Assembly (NCBI GenBank): GCA_964016885.1
Contig: OZ024740.1
Location: forward strand, 82,770,001-82,834,000
Reading direction: 5' to 3'
DNA: 64,000 bases
From: Eledone cirrhosa
Taxonomy: Eukaryota
Below the pieces are notes generated by a model. That model was not told the DNA's origin. It searched no databases and saw only the letters and a program-made list of their open reading frames with translations. Shown here piece after piece: positions 35,050-50,060 of this stretch. The position numbers were made by a program, and so were the translations under genes. Numbering within the stretch: the stretch's first letter is position 1; every line of letters starts with the position of its first letter.

Positions 35050-38000
35050 AAAGCCTTTTGGTCCGAATATTTTAACATTTTACTTTTAAAAATTATCAAA
35101 AAAGAAACATGACTGAGCCACGTCCCCCAGTGATATGTATGCTGTTCAGTGACAACGGCGTAACATTTGAGAGGAGGGTTGCGGCTTACACAAAAATTGA
35201 TACAACAACACCACCACAAACAACGTGAACAAAGACAACAAAGACAAAAACACAGAAAAGATTTTTAGAAAATGACCACATCAACCACAACAGTAACAGC
35301 AACAACCAAAATACAGAAAAACTGCACTGAGAACAACAACAACGGCGGTACCAAAAACACAACCAACTATAACAATAACAGCAACAACAGCAACAACAAC
35401 AACACCGTTTGTAGCAGTTACAACAACAACAGCACAAACTACAAGACCGGTAGCAGCCGTAGCGGCAGAAATAAGGGTGTCGCTGAAATATGGATCGCTT
35501 CTTTTGCAGGTATGGCCCGAAATATAGAAACATTGTTAGTCACGGAGGAGGAGATGGCAGACACAAGGGCCACGGTGACAAGAAATGACAATATAATTTC
35601 TCTGAAACCTCCACCCGATTTTTTTCAAGGACCAGCAGCTACGGACGATAACTTACAACACGGGTGGAGAGAGCCACGGAGGCTCAAATCCAAAAGGCCT
35701 TGGGGTGCGTCTGGGCAGGATGGCCAGATTTCTTCAGACGCCTAGAGACCTTTGCTGGAATGTCCCGCTCTTTAGTGTTAGCGGGTGACTGGAATGGTAT
35801 CTTAGAAACACATAGGGATTATGTGGAGCTAGTAGACAAGGGAGGAGGATGTAGAACCTCAACAACCTGCTCAGACGTTTTGAACATTCTGACAGGTATA
35901 GACTGGATTATTCGAATGTGGCAATGTGGACATGGACGAACCGCATCGTTTATCCAGATCGTATTTATATAGGGTATTCTGTAGGGAAACAGATAAGGCT
36001 AGTGGAGGTTGTCCACATTTTAACGTAGTCAACTACACGGACCACAAATTTGTGATCTGTGAAGTTGACTTAGATAGAGTCCGTATGCAATGGCCCTGTT
36101 ACTGGAAGCTGGACGCGTCGTTCCGGCGCGCGAGGCTTACAGAGACCGGATTAGTTAAGTGTGCGTTGACAGTTGCGATCGTCAACAACAGGTGGTGGCT
36201 TACCCTGAAAAGGGCTATTAGAATAGAATTAATAAAGTTTAGCAAAGGAGTAGTGATAGGGGAAAATAGAGTAGAGGGAGAGCTAGTTAGAAATCTAGAA
36301 GAGGCATTTAGGACACGCATCGCAACCTGTCGTGCTTGCGGCGAGATTGGCACTCGACCAATTCTTCAACGCAAAGCATGAAGGCTGCGTTTTCATAGCT
36401 AGAGCGCGTGATCTGCGACACGAGGGGACGAAATCCGTTCAATGGGCCCGGGTGTTGGAGGCGCTACGTGGTAATAAGTCCACAATTTGGTCGAACCCGA
36501 GCAGATATGTACGGCTTTTCAACAGCACTTCGTTCAATTTTTCGGGTGCGGCGGTGGACCGAATTGGAGTATGGACTTCAGTGCATACCTCAACGGACAG
36601 CCGCGGCTCTCAACAACCGCAGAAGTGTCCTGCGAAAAGCCGATAACACAAGGTGAAATACAGGAAGCGATGTCTGACTACACGAGGGGTAAATCGCCTG
36701 GTTTGGATGGTCTGCCCTACGACGTTTATGCGTATATTCGGCCACCTCTTCCCAGATGTCGACAGCAACTGGCAGCAGAACGAGCGCATTCCCGTTTTTG
36801 TGAGCGAGGGAGTGATGACGCTGCGGAGAAAAGACCCGAACAAGGGGGAGGTTATAGACAACTTCAGGCCCATAAATCTGCGAAACGAAGATTTTAAGGT
36901 TTTGGCCAAGGTGTTAGCAAAGAAATGTGCGCTTGTCGTCGGTGATCTGTGGGAGAGGGGCAGACAAGCGCCATTCCGGACATATCCATCCATCACAACC
37001 TCCATATCATGCGATACATCATAGAGAGGGTGTTTAAGGAAAATGGCATGGGTGGGGCCCTGATCAATTTGGGTCATTCTAAAGCGTTTGATAGGGACGA
37101 CCATCGGTACCTGGCTGAAGTCCTCGAGGCGGCCGGCTTCGGGCTCGTTTTTACGGGCTGGCTCACTGCGATGCACAGCGACATATGCTCGATTGTGAGG
37201 GTGAATGGTCACCTGTCGCAGCCTTTCAGCATCACTGCGCTCTGTCCGCCAGGGTTGTTCTCTCTTGTCCCCCTTGAAAGTATTAGCCCTCGAGCCGTTA
37301 CTGCACAAATTCGATACGATGAGGGGGCTCCCATCTGAACTGCGATGCGGGAGTACCGTGTCAGGTTACATCGACGACGTCCCCGTGGTGGTGTTGAGAA
37401 CCAAACTAGTCCAGATGTTCGGCACCGTTCTCAAGGAATACGAAGCTGTGACATGAACAAAGATAAACCAGGAAAAGCCAGTGGGCTTAAATTCGGCACC
37501 TGGAGAGGCAAGTCCATGCCGTCTGACAGGGTCGTGAGGAACTGGACGGAAGGACCGGTAAGATTGCTTGGGATGTGGTTCGGTCCGGACCTCCAGATGG
37601 AGAAAAACCGGTGCGAAGTGACGAGCAGGGTGGCCCCCCTCACCCAGATGTAGGCCGAGAGGAGGCTGTCTCTGAAAGGTCGGGTGGAGGTGGGGTGGCG
37701 TACATCATGTCCGTCATCTGCTACCGCCTGACCGTCATACCTTGCCCTCACCCAACTCTGACCAAAATGGAGCGCCTTCTCTTCCGCTTTTTGTGGAATG
37801 GACGTGCTCCCATGGTCAGACGTTCCATCTGCTGTCAATACCCGCTGCGTGGCGGAGTAGGTATGCCGTGGCTGATGATAGGCAAACATGCACTGAGTCT
37901 GCGACATCTCTGGTGCTTCCTTGACGGTGAACAGGTGTGGTCGCCGTCTGTCAGACGCGCTTTTCCCCAGCTCGTCCCCTGGACGGATCTGCAGTCCTGG

Positions 38001-38764
38001 ATCAGGAAAAGACCGAGGGATAGCGCTTGGAAGAGTGACGACGTTCTCGGAGACACCCTGTGCATCGAAGACGATCAGCGGTTCACTCTCTTCAAGAAAA
38101 CTTTCAGCCCGGGGCCTATGGCACAACTTCCAGAAATCCCTGGTTGGTAGTGCTACCGGGGAGCATTGCCGGTTCTGGATGGGCTCTACAGGCATGGAGG
38201 TGATGCCAGCCGAGCCTGTCTGAATGCGCGCGTGTCGACGAAACCACCCTGCAGGCACTCGTTCAGTGCCCGAGGATTGCTGACTTGTGGAGCTATGTCG
38301 AACAGCTGCTGTCGAGTGTAGGACAGATCCGCTTATCGACTGAGTCCATTGTGCAGATAGCCCCGGCATTCTCCTTTAAAGACAAGGTTGAAAGGGTTGA
38401 AGACGCACACTTTACTCTCCGGCCAATCTCTGATTAACTTTTTCAAGTTTCACTTGAAGACGTAAATCAGGGTGGAGAGGCAAGTGCTGTCTTCTAGTAA
38501 GTTTGTTGAAAGATGGGTGAAAGTGGCGAGTCTGGCTCTAAGTATGCCCATGTAGATTGAGAAGTAGGAAAATTGAGAGATGGCGCTTGGTCTGGTGGTC
38601 AGGTTGGCTGTCCTTTAATGTTGTTTTCGCCACGAGTGATCCTCGGAGGATTTCCTCTTTTTGGTGAATTTTTGTTTTCTGAATTCTTTTTTTTTCTATC
38701 CAGATTTCTATCTTGTTATAACATGTTTATATGGCCACAATCCACTTTGTATCGTCCTGTACGG
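35050..38764 (+). mobile_element. Decayed Tx1/L1-like LINE (copy 2) with APE endonuclease and RT; 3' UTR interrupted by a hAT element
   Basis: EN motifs LAGDWN and YTDHK. RT motifs KSPGLDG, FRPINL, KAFDR, RQGC..SP and YIDD, then RGGVGMP. Many frameshifts. Confidence 0.85.
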
Positions 38765-38899
38765 CAGTGGTCGCCAACCTTTTTAAAACCGAGGAACCCT
38801 CTAAATATTTTGAATTCTTCACGGAACCTATACAATACAAACCTTTTAAAAAAAAATAATAAAGTATTTATTTATTTTAGTGTTTCATGCGTGTGTATG

Positions 38900-40810
38900 T
38901 AATCGAACACAATTAACTAGTGGCTTTTCTGCTGCTGCGCCTCATCAGTGAGTTTAGAAAATCGAGGTTCAACACTAGTTAATGCCAGTCTCATACACTC
39001 GTCAATTGCTGACAGTTTATTCATCTTCTTTGTGCAGATTTCTACCAACTGCGAAAACCCTTCGCACAAGTAACTAGATGGGAATAAAGTCAAATATTTA
39101 AATGCAAGTTGGCTGATTTCATTAAACTACCCAATCAAGAATAAGTCGAACCATAGTTCTTTCTTTATGCTTTCAAATATCACTTTGAGATCTTCGTTTG
39201 AATTCAAATCCATCAACTGATATAAGCATTGTGCAGGTAGTAAATTTTTACAATTTCCAGCGTCATTTTCTGACACTAACTGCTCGATCTCGGTGAACGG
39301 GTTTTTTATCCATAAATTACCGCTAACAATATCTTTTTCCATCAAGTCAAAATAATCTGAAAAACTTGTGGAAAGCACATTTAAATGAGAAAGAATAATC
39401 TTCTTTAGATTGCTGGAGTCAAAATATTCTCTTTTTTAAAGCTCTATTTCAAGGTTTGAAAGTAATGAGTAATTGTCCGATTCAATTCTTTTTATAAAGA
39501 TGTTTAATTTTGATTGAAAATATGTAATAAAATTGATTGAAGTAAAAATATCTGCATTGTTACCCTGAAGACACATGTTTAGTTTGTTCAGTTCACCAAA
39601 AATGTCTACTAAATAAGCGAGTTGCACATTCCATTCATTGGTTTCTTCTACACTTGCTCTTTCATCATTCTGTGTTTTTTGAAAAACTATTATTTCTTCT
39701 CTCAGTTCAAAAACTCTCTTCATAGCATCCCCAAAAGACAGCCACGCACATCATTGTTCAATAACAATCTATTATAATTACTTCCAGAAGATTCACAAAT
39801 AGATTCAAACATTGTAGAATGTTTTGCACTTGCATGGATCAAATTGATAATGTTGACAATGTCTTTCAGCTGGTCATTTAATATTTGAGCATCTCTGTCT
39901 TTGAATTTTTTAGAACACAAAACCTCTCAATGGATCATACAATGATTTGAAATACAATTTGGGGTCTGTTCTTTAATTTTTTGCAATCAAATCAGAATTT
40001 TTACCAGTCATTGCAGCTGCTCCATCTGTTATTATTGAAGTCAACTTGCTCCAAGAAACAGCATTTTTTAAAAAATACTCTTCAATTTTATTGAATATAT
40101 CTTGACCTTTAGTTGTGATGTCTAATACCAGAAAAAACAAATACTCTTCTACTAATTCTTTTTTATCAAGGTCTACAAACCGTACATAGCAAATTAATTG
40201 AGCATTGTTATTAATATCCGTAGTTTCGTCCACTTGCAGACCAAAACATGCGCTTTTCTTTAGTGCAGTTAATATCTGATTTTCTATATCAGAAGAAATA
40301 TCAATTATCCTTCTTTTTACGGTATTTGCTGACAATGGTAACAGGCTTAATTTTTCTTTGTCCTTAATACTGCAGCTTTCAAAAAGATTCTCGTAGCAAT
40401 TTTTATACTTGGCAGAATTAACTGTTCTAATGTAAATGGATTTTAGTTTTTACCAATCAAACGTGAAATTTCAAAAGATGTTCTTGTTAAAGCTTTATTT
40501 CTATCTGACTTTTTACAAAACATGTCATACATATTAGCTTGTGATTTTTTAATGTTGTTTTTCAGCGAAGTAAAGTATTCAAGTGACTTGCTTTTATCAT
40601 TGGTGTGATTAGTATCAAGGTGTCTTTTAAGTTTTGCAGGATTTAAACAGCTATTTGATAGAACATTTGAACATAGCAAACACATTGGCTGATCTGGTGT
40701 ATCTTTTTTAGTGTCAGCATTTTGAAATCCATATCTAACATACATAATCATCACACCACTGTCTAACCTTACTGCTGGTATCTAACTTCAGCTTCTTTGC
40801 AGTAGACATC
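38900..40810 (-). pseudogene. Frameshifted hAT transposase (BED finger plus DDE)
   Basis: PMCLLC..KLKRHLDTNH, FGLQVDETTD, ITDGAAAMTG and LAYLVDIFGELNKLN fall in different frames. Confidence 0.9.
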
Positions 40811-41260
40811 ATATCAAGTAATAGTTTTAATATGACATTAATAAACAAGAGAAATTAAGTTTTTTTATTACAAAAATTACTTAAATTAACTTTAATTTTA
40901 GATATTTGGAAAAACTTAATTAGTTAAAAAAGAATTTTAATTTTTTAAAATTGAAATTTCTCCATTTTAGGATGGCAAACATATTATTTAAAGTCTTATA
41001 ATAATATTGAAATATTAGGGGTTACTGAAAAAGGTGCAAATTTATAAACAACTAGAAGAAATCTTTTTCAGAGTCCAGCACTTCCTGCATATACTACTTT
41101 AGGGTCGTATTAAATATTATTGGTAATGTAAATATATTTAAATATCCGCCATACTATAAGGTGCAAAAAATGCAAATCAGCTGATAGTGTAGATGTGACG
41201 ATGTTATTGGAAATTAATTCAGATATCTTCTATCTATTTTGACTCAAAGTTATATATAAT

Positions 41261-41355
41261 TGTTTCTACTTTAGGCACAAAGCCAGCAATTAACCAGTGC
41301 ATTACTGGTACTTTATTTTATCGACACTGTAAGGATGAAAGGCAAAGTCAACCTT
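41261..41355 (-). mobile_element. 3' fragment of the tRNA-derived SINE inside the hAT element
   Basis: Matches the 3' half of the SINE at 62000-62190. Confidence 0.8.
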
Positions 41356-42250
41356 CAAAGTTAGATATGATATAAGAAGGCTTTAGGCTGCGTTAAACAT
41401 ATATTAGATTGGAACAAATAAAGTTTAGTCAAATGTTTGTGGACATATATATTTATTGTATAAAGTAATTTCTCAATTGTGAATGCAGATTTCATCAAAC
41501 GAATACATGATTGTGTGGCAAAGTTTATAGTGTATGTATGGAATACAAAATTACCTTTGTTAGTAGTCGAAACTTTACAGGCGTAATATTTTCTGTGCAA
41601 AGTACAGCAGAATGTAACGTGTTCTTATTTAGAATTGTCTGTAAAACTGGATGCATGTTGAAAACGATTAGTAAGCGAGTTCACTCTGTGAGGAAACTTT
41701 AGGTGACTTTAAAGCTTTTGTGAGGACAGCAGATTAACATGTGTTCTCTATTGAAAACATTCTACTGAACTTACGTTGTGAGAACAGCGAACTGACCCTG
41801 TCTCTCGGCTGAAAGACCTCGCTGAACTGAAGTTTTCAGTTTAAAGTTATGCTGTTATCGACCAACATTTACTTGTTCGTGATTGGTCAATTTCTAAGTT
41901 CAATTAGTGTATTATCAGTAGTAGTCAAATTCTCGGAATTCAGAAAACTTTGTCTTTCCAAGAATTGATGTGAAATTGAAAGTATTCAATGTTCACGAAT
42001 CTCAGAACAGTGTTTTTCTGCTAATTCAAGTGAGAAACTGAAAGTAGTGTTTTCCACGAATTGGAGTGGAGAACCTACAATAGTATTTGTTCATTTATAC
42101 ATTGCACCTTTGGCATTTTCTTTGCACCTTTTTCAGAAAACCCAAAATATTAATGGTAATGTATATATTTATTTTTTTAAGGAACCCGGAGTTTGTTTTA
42201 CGTAACCCCAAGGTTCCGCGGAACTCATGTTGGCGACCACTGCTGTACGG

Positions 42251-42328
42251 TCCTGCGCCGTCTGTAATGTTTTTCTCATGTTAGTCCTTGTAGCCAATAA
42301 ATAAACCATTATTATTATTATTATTATC
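42251..42328 (+). mobile_element. Remainder of the Tx1-like copy 2 3' UTR and its (TTA)n tail
   Basis: Aligns with 10040-10111 (ccgtctgtaatgtttttct...ccttgt.gccaata..ttattatt). Confidence 0.85.
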
Positions 42329-43739
42329 ATATTTCAATTTTTTATATTTTCGTATTTTAATTTTATTTAGTTTTCGATTTTTTTTATTTTTCATTTCGTG
42401 TCTTCCATTTTGTCATGTATTTGTTATCTTTCCAGCTTTTCAACTTTTCATCTCTACATTTTTCATTTCCCTTCTCCATTTGTATTTTTCAGCTTTTTAA
42501 TTTTTTTAAAACTTTCTTTATTCCTCAACCTTATACGTTAAATGTGCCTAACACCTACACCACTGCACCACCACTGCTTTTATCATCATAAGATTTATAT
42601 TTCCATAATCTTCATTGTAGTTAATTCCTTGATATCTCCATCTCCATAAACTATATTGTTATGTTTACTTAACACGAATACCACACTACTGCCACCACTC
42701 CCTCATTGAACCATCCTAATTTCCACCATCATCGTTATCCTACATTCAACCACGCTTAGATATCACAGCTCTAAACTTCATATTCTATAGTTTTATATTC
42801 TCAATATCTTCATTGTACTTAATTCTGTAATTGTTTACATTCCAACCACACCGAAACCATCATCAATATACCACACACCCACCGAACCATCGTATTTATG
42901 AATGCAACCTTGGACGTTGTCAATTCATATGCATATGTCTATGAATATATGCATATCTGTGTGAAGGCATGTATTCATTTATAGATATGCGCGTATTTTT
43001 ATCTCTTTCTATTCATATATGCATTCATTTTTAAATGCGTATAGTTGTGTGTGTTATATATATGTACATGTATTGTAATGCGAAGAAATACCTATGATGG
43101 CTAGTAGACCAATGATGATGGATAGTCCTGACTTCTATTTCTAATTCTTTATTATATATATATATCATATATGCAACAACACAGCTCGCCATGTTTATTC
43201 ATATATGCTTTCCCCTTCGCTGTGACCTGTCTTTTTCTTTCTCCTTACTGCTATCCTCTTTCTCTCTCCTCTTTCTCTCTCCTCCTTCTCTCTCCTTCTC
43301 CCTCTTACATCCATTCACTCTCTCTGCTAGTCACCCTCTCTCAGCTAGCCTCTTCCTCACTCTCTGCTACTCACTCTCTCTCTCTCACTTCCTCCATCGT
43401 CCCATACCGTATGAAATTATTTCCTTGCTCACATCCACACGGCCAATATGTGTCTTTGCCTTCTAATCAATATTCGCAAGTTCTTATGTTCAAAATGAAT
43501 CATTGATTTGATTTTCTAATGTTTTCATCTCTTTACGTTGCCTCACTATTCGAGTTTGTTTACCTGTCTCTCTTTCCCCACCCAACTCTTTTTATCCCAA
43601 TAAATAAATTTAGTTATTGCATTGCCCTAGTCGGAGCTATATGGCATGTAATGCGAAGTAATACCTACGATAGCAAGTAGACCACTGATGATGGATAGTC
43701 GTGGCTTATATTTCTAATTCTTTATATATATATATATAT

Positions 43740-44087
43740 GTAGGTATGTATACGTACATACATATATGTATACAGACGTACGGTAGTATGCATATATATA
43801 CATACATGTACATATATATATATATATATATTTACGTATGGGTTTACCGAACATTTATTATAATGTTCGGTTTGTTTGTAAACAAACAGCCCGAATTAAA
43901 CCGTACAGTGTTCGGCAACCATCGTCGTCTTTTTGTTCAACACTGACAAAAGAACGATGAACTAATTTCAAGCTTATTAGCTATCGTCAGCATCGTATAC
44001 CTTCCTGTCAGATGATTGAACGTTTGAAAGTATATACTTTCCTTATGCATATTAACGGCTGAGCAGCCTGATTTGCATATCGAGTTA
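43740..44087. repeat. Family X repeat (arm plus central part)
   Basis: Collinear with ~58240-58573; both end atttgcatatcgagt. Confidence 0.75.
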
Positions 44088-44180
44088 TATATATATATAT
44101 ATCATTTTTAATCTGTTATATATATATATATATAATCTTTAATCTGTTATTTTAATAAATATATACAAACACACACACAC

Positions 44181-44261
<81 letters not shown>

Positions 44262-46884
44262 AATATATATACAAATGTGTGTGTGAGTGTGTATATATTT
44301 ATTAAAATAACAGATTAAATAAAGTTTAATTACGTCTTGATGTGGTAGCTAAGTATATTTATGTTTATACTATTACTTATTCGTATAGGTAAGTATATCT
44401 TACCCGTATGTTTTGGAGGTACGTATACTTTCTTGCACGTATATATGCTTGTATTTGTTATAGGTGTATATATTATATATATTGTTATGTGTGTGTGTAT
44501 ATGTTTATGAGTATATGTGTATTTCATTTTTGTGTGTATGCGTGTATGCGTGTTTGCTCGTATGTATGGTGTGTATATGTATAAATTGAGTTTTGGTATA
44601 TGTACGTTGTGTGAACATATGTGAATTACCTGTAGGTATGTGTGTGCGTGCATTATATACGTTTGTATAATTATATGTATACACGTACACACACATATTT
44701 TATATGTGTATTTGGTGTATAGGTTCGTATGTGTGCGCGTTTTTTTGTGTGTACGTGCATGTATTTGCATGCATGACATGTGTTTTCGCGCATGCACGTG
44801 TTTGTACGTATATAGATGAGTGTATGTATATATTTAATTTTTTTTTACTTTAGATATACGAAGGTTTGAATATTTTACATTATTATTAAATGTTTATTGA
44901 TATACCTCATAGACAATTAGCTTTTCAGATTGTCTTTTTTTAATTTCATTCTTTACGTTATTGTATATTGAGACGAAAATATATTTTGCATGCGGTTGAA
45001 AATATATCTAGAAAACAATGCCTATGTGAGAACAAAATAATTATCAATGGATGATAGAATTCAGTAATATAAAGTATATATATATTATTTTCATCTCTAA
45101 CAAAATGATTAAGATTGTAATTATATTGTAATTGAAAACGTCCAATGAAGAGAATAAAGCTATTTAGATTCAATTTGAAGCCATAGATTTATAATATCCT
45201 TTAAACTATTTTTCAATTATATTGATATTTATAAACTAATATTGAAAATATAAATGAAAAAAAAAATGTAATCAATTGTTATTCTTTAGATTTCAGTAAA
45301 ACTTATTTCTGTCACTTGCAAAGGAAAATAATTGATATTTTTTTTAAGTTGGAGACATTCGAATTATATATCAATTACTCCAGTTTCTAAGCTTATAATA
45401 TATATATATATACTTAGATATTCATTAGTTCTTTCTAGCTGGATATTTATACGAAATATATTTTTTTATATCGTAGAAAATGAAATTATAAAATATGTGT
45501 TTAAGAAATAGATTAATAGATTGCAATGTTAAACATATCTGAATAAATCAGGATACATATACATTTTCATTAATGTAATAGCATCTGAATGAAGATTATG
45601 TCTAAGAATAATAAATTCCATAAATGATCTTGTAATTGAATGGGGAAAATTATGTAATTTAACTATTCCATGTAATACAACCCGATTTGAGTAAGCGATA
45701 AACTCGTGATCATTTACAACTATGCTAGACAGCCATTACCCATGTTCTATCTAATATGGATCCTCGGTGACCAGTGATTATGTCGCGTTACCCTACTGCA
45801 GCGACATATACATCGTATCTCAATTAACCCAAACTAAGTTCGTATCACGTTGTTTGGTTATACATCGTCCTGATCTGCATACGTTACAGGTTGTCCTCAA
45901 ATTTGCTTCAAGAAATTGGAGATTCTCATAAAGGAATACACTAGAAGTTTTGGGATCTATAACAAGTTTCTACTCACAATATTGTGTTGTCGTTAGCAGA
46001 CGAAAAGTAATAGAATTCTTCGAATAATATACAGCACAATAAATAAGTGAATTTATATGTTGATGTTTAATTCCAAAACATTTCGAATTTGTTAAAGTAA
46101 AATATTCATTCATATTTACTTAGACGTGTTGAATATGCATTGTCTGATATATGTATGCATATTATTATCTAAATATGGAATGACATATCAATACCAGAAA
46201 GTAAATGTCGGCAACAATATGTTAGCGCTAACATTCATACAGCCTAAGCACTGGACATAAATATAGATGTCAATTAGCATTGCAATTCAGAATATACTGT
46301 AAACATAGCCATGCAAGTCAAAAATGTGACATGGCGCCATAATGATTGGCCATTTGTCGGCATCTTGAACCATATTCATTTGATGGAGGTAAAATACCAG
46401 TTGATCTCATTTGTAATTGAACGAGCAATTGTCAGGCAACGTCCAAAATCACATTCAAAATAAAGCTCGAATCTATTGTTCAAGTAGAAGGTTTAGATTA
46501 GACCAGATCTGAATTACGTTCATTAATATAACTTAGTACTATCCAAACATTTAGAAACACATTTAAATAAAAAAAAAATTATTTTGTGACTGTGTAATAC
46601 ATCTCTACTGCCTCATTTAACAATATAACGGGACCTATAAAGCAAGGCTCGGTACAAAATTACAATACTTCCATGGCAAACATTTAACATTTGTACGAGT
46701 GCGTAAGTTCAATGATATGTAAAAATAAATATTCTAGATTGAGTTGCAATATTTCATTGCCAATCATTTCATAATGTTTGAGAGAATGAGATGCTTCTGA
46801 TGACGAATATTACATAGCTAATAAAGCGTTGAATCACTAAAGGATTTTCCTAAGCATCACATTTATATATATATATATATATGT

Positions 46885-46962
<78 letters not shown>

Positions 46963-47574
46963 ATAAATAAATATATAAATATATTTAGCGAGAATCGCAT
47001 TTCGGCGGGTAGAAATTAGCGAAACGCAACTTCCATATTGTGCTGACAAGCGCTCGATGGATATGAAGAAGATACCAAAGCTATAAACATAAATTAAAAT
47101 GGCCATACACGCTGAGACGATGGTTAAGAAGCCATTAACCACCATAACCAAAAAAGCGAACAAGACAAACGGGTTAAACAAAATGAGATATGCTTGAAAT
47201 ATTTACCCGGACACTCGGGGAAGATGGAATAATCCGAAATTGGGTTTCTGCAACACCTAAATCAAAATAACTGTCTGCTTATAAAAATATAAGCTTTTGG
47301 TATAGAGACGGAACAAGGCATCGCTTTCTCAACGGGTGTTTGTTCTTCTTTCGCCAGAATCTCGCAGGTTATGAAAGCACATGTGAGAATCCAAGGGGAG
47401 AAAACCCCTTATTTGGCCAGTGAATTAAGCATGTGTAGTTATTGCAAACATTTGCAAAAACCGCACAAAACGAATTAAGCTTTCTACCGAGTTGTTTTTA
47501 AAATAAACTTAAGCGATTAATCAGTCAATAGAATTACATATATATAGAATTACATATATATAATAGAATTAGAC

Positions 47575-47632
<58 letters not shown>

Positions 47633-48030
47633 ATGGTGTGTATCATTACGTTGTTGTTCCCATTGTCTTCTCTTTTGACTTTATATTCTAAAGAATTAGT
47701 CATGCGGGCTATTTTTGAAACTATCAGATTACAGGCATCACACCAGCCTGTCTGTTTTCGGCTAGTCTCCGTTCTTACGTTTTCTCCGGCGAAGTATCCT
47801 TCTTATTGGTTTGCACGTTGGACTAATCACCTTGTATTTCTCTTCTGTTTCACTGTTTCTGCGGTTTCGATTTCTTTTTCTCCCCTTGCTAGGCCCTTGC
47901 GCACTGGAATAAATAGCAGCAACCTTAAATAAACCGAAACCGTAGTGATTTCCAGAGGCTGGCTGAGGAGATGGGAGTCCAGCCCTTTTTTTTTCTACCA
48001 TTGTTTCCGTCGTGTGCGCTACCTATTTTG

Positions 48031-48093
<63 letters not shown>

Positions 48094-49920
48094 TGCGTGC
48101 GGGTTAAAATATATTTCCATGTTATCAGTGCCGAAATTGATTATCGATCTGTCATATTTATTGATGGTGTATTGTTTAAGCACATACGCTGTTCTCATTT
48201 CGTTTTACCCACACCTATGTTATTCAATTTTCTCAGGTCTACTAGATGCTGTTTAACCAGTATAATTTTTCTCGATCTCTTTACATTCTCGTATACTTTT
48301 CGTCTCTCTTGTCTTGCGGGCAATTGGCTAACGAGTTGTTATTTTATTGGTTTTTTTCCTCAGTATGTTTTGGAATTTCATTATATTTTTTCTTTCTTTT
48401 AACATTTCCTGTTATTTCATTTTTTGTGGTCTAAAATATTTTCTTCTGTGTTGTTAGTTTCCTTGTTGAGTTTTATTGCTTTATTATACAAACATAAGAT
48501 GTGTCTGTTTTTGTTTTGTTATCATGCTTCCTTATTGCATTAATCAATTTCAATTTGCGTGCTTCTAAGTATGTTCTATTTTTATTTATAGCGGTTGTGT
48601 ATGTGTATGAGGCCAAGTCTTCTCTATATAAGAGCTTTCACTGGAGATAGCATCAGAACACACTTAATTGAGTTTTCCTTATTGCTATGTTTATGCATCT
48701 CAATACGATGATCTAGTATGTAATATTGAAACAGTTGTCAATTGCTGAGATGGCTAATGCATTTATACCTAATAACTTTGTTGTAGCGTTGAGTTCAGTT
48801 ATTAATGCTTATATATGTAATGTAGTACCCTTTATTTCTGTAATTTGCATCCCACCAGTTACTTCAACTTCTACGAAACTATGTGCCATTTACTTGTTCA
48901 ATTCTCTATTGACGGTGTTTATATATAATTTAATATTTTCTGTAGCATTTTATTTGGCTCTTTGTATAATAATTTTAGTGTCTTCGTCTAATTACATACT
49001 CGTTTACCTCTTAACTGAATTCATGAATAATTATCAATACTTTTTCCAATATTTTCATTGCAAATATAATTTATATAAACGATGTAGGGAAGATAGCGTA
49101 TATAGACATTTTAGCGAACTTTTGTATTATTCAACTAAGTTACTAATGGGGTGTGACAAGACAAACGATTCCCATGTTTAAGTGCATATATCAAACCTAT
49201 AATACATTGATTTTGGATTGTAAACCCTACAGTGTTAGTATTGTCCTCGAGTATAATATTTGTTGTATTTTCTGGATTCAGTAGATTTCTCGACTATTAT
49301 ATGACTGATGGTACTTAATCTAGGTTGAATAATTGTAGTGAGCCTATTGTAGTGTTTGTTTTTAAATATCTGTTCCCTTACAGACGTTTTGTGTGTGTGT
49401 CAATTTGTCTGAAAGTGTCTCTGGAATATAATATTGTCTGCACCATATTATGTAAATTTATATGTTATATTATCATATTGGTGGTGATACAAATATGCTT
49501 TACTGTATTGTTTGGTTCATTTCTTGAGTGATCTCTAGTATTCTACTAAGTTTAGTCAGCGTCCTCATGCTGTTTGGATACACGAGTCTGCTTATATGCT
49601 TGTGATTTAGTATTTGTACGTATTAGGAAACATATTTCAATGCAGAGTTGAGTTAAATTTATTCGAGAAGCTAACATGAAGATGTATGCAATGTTGTTCA
49701 ATTTAAAACGCTGCAGCCCTTAGAATTGCTATCTCTATTTCCATATCATAATAACTTGAAATGTTTTCCATTTCCTTGAGAGTATCATAATCATTTGTTC
49801 GGTCATATATGTCGATATAGAAGAATTCATTTTACAAATATATATGGTCGGTAAGACTTCAAATATTTGTATAAGTCTATTGGCATTGCTACAAGTATAA
49901 TGACCTTTATTAACAAATTA

Positions 49921-50060
49921 ATTGTTTCTACTTTAGGCACAAGGCCAGCAATCAACCAATGTATTACTGGTACTTTATTTTATCGACCCCGTAAGGATGA
50001 AAGGCAAAGTCAACCTCGGCGGGATTTGAACTCAGATTGTAAAGGGACGTAACTATGCTA
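49921..50060 (-). mobile_element. tRNA-derived SINE, 5'-truncated
   Basis: B-box gttcaaatcc and the conserved core on the - strand. Confidence 0.85.

Larger units (their letters stand above)
38765..42242 (-). mobile_element. hAT DNA transposon of the Buster/Charlie type
   Basis: TIR cagtggtcgccaac at 38765 and gttggcgaccactg ending at 42242. The 8-bp TSD ctgtacgg lies at 38757-38764 and 42243-42250. Confidence 0.95.

Noticed and set aside
37431-38369. 312-aa ORF on the - strand
   Set aside because: It is antisense to the GC-rich Tx1-like pol relic and has no recognisable domain.
47930-47990. GAAAC...CTGAGGA arrangement suggesting a type II hammerhead
   Set aside because: There is no NUH triplet and stem II cannot pair.
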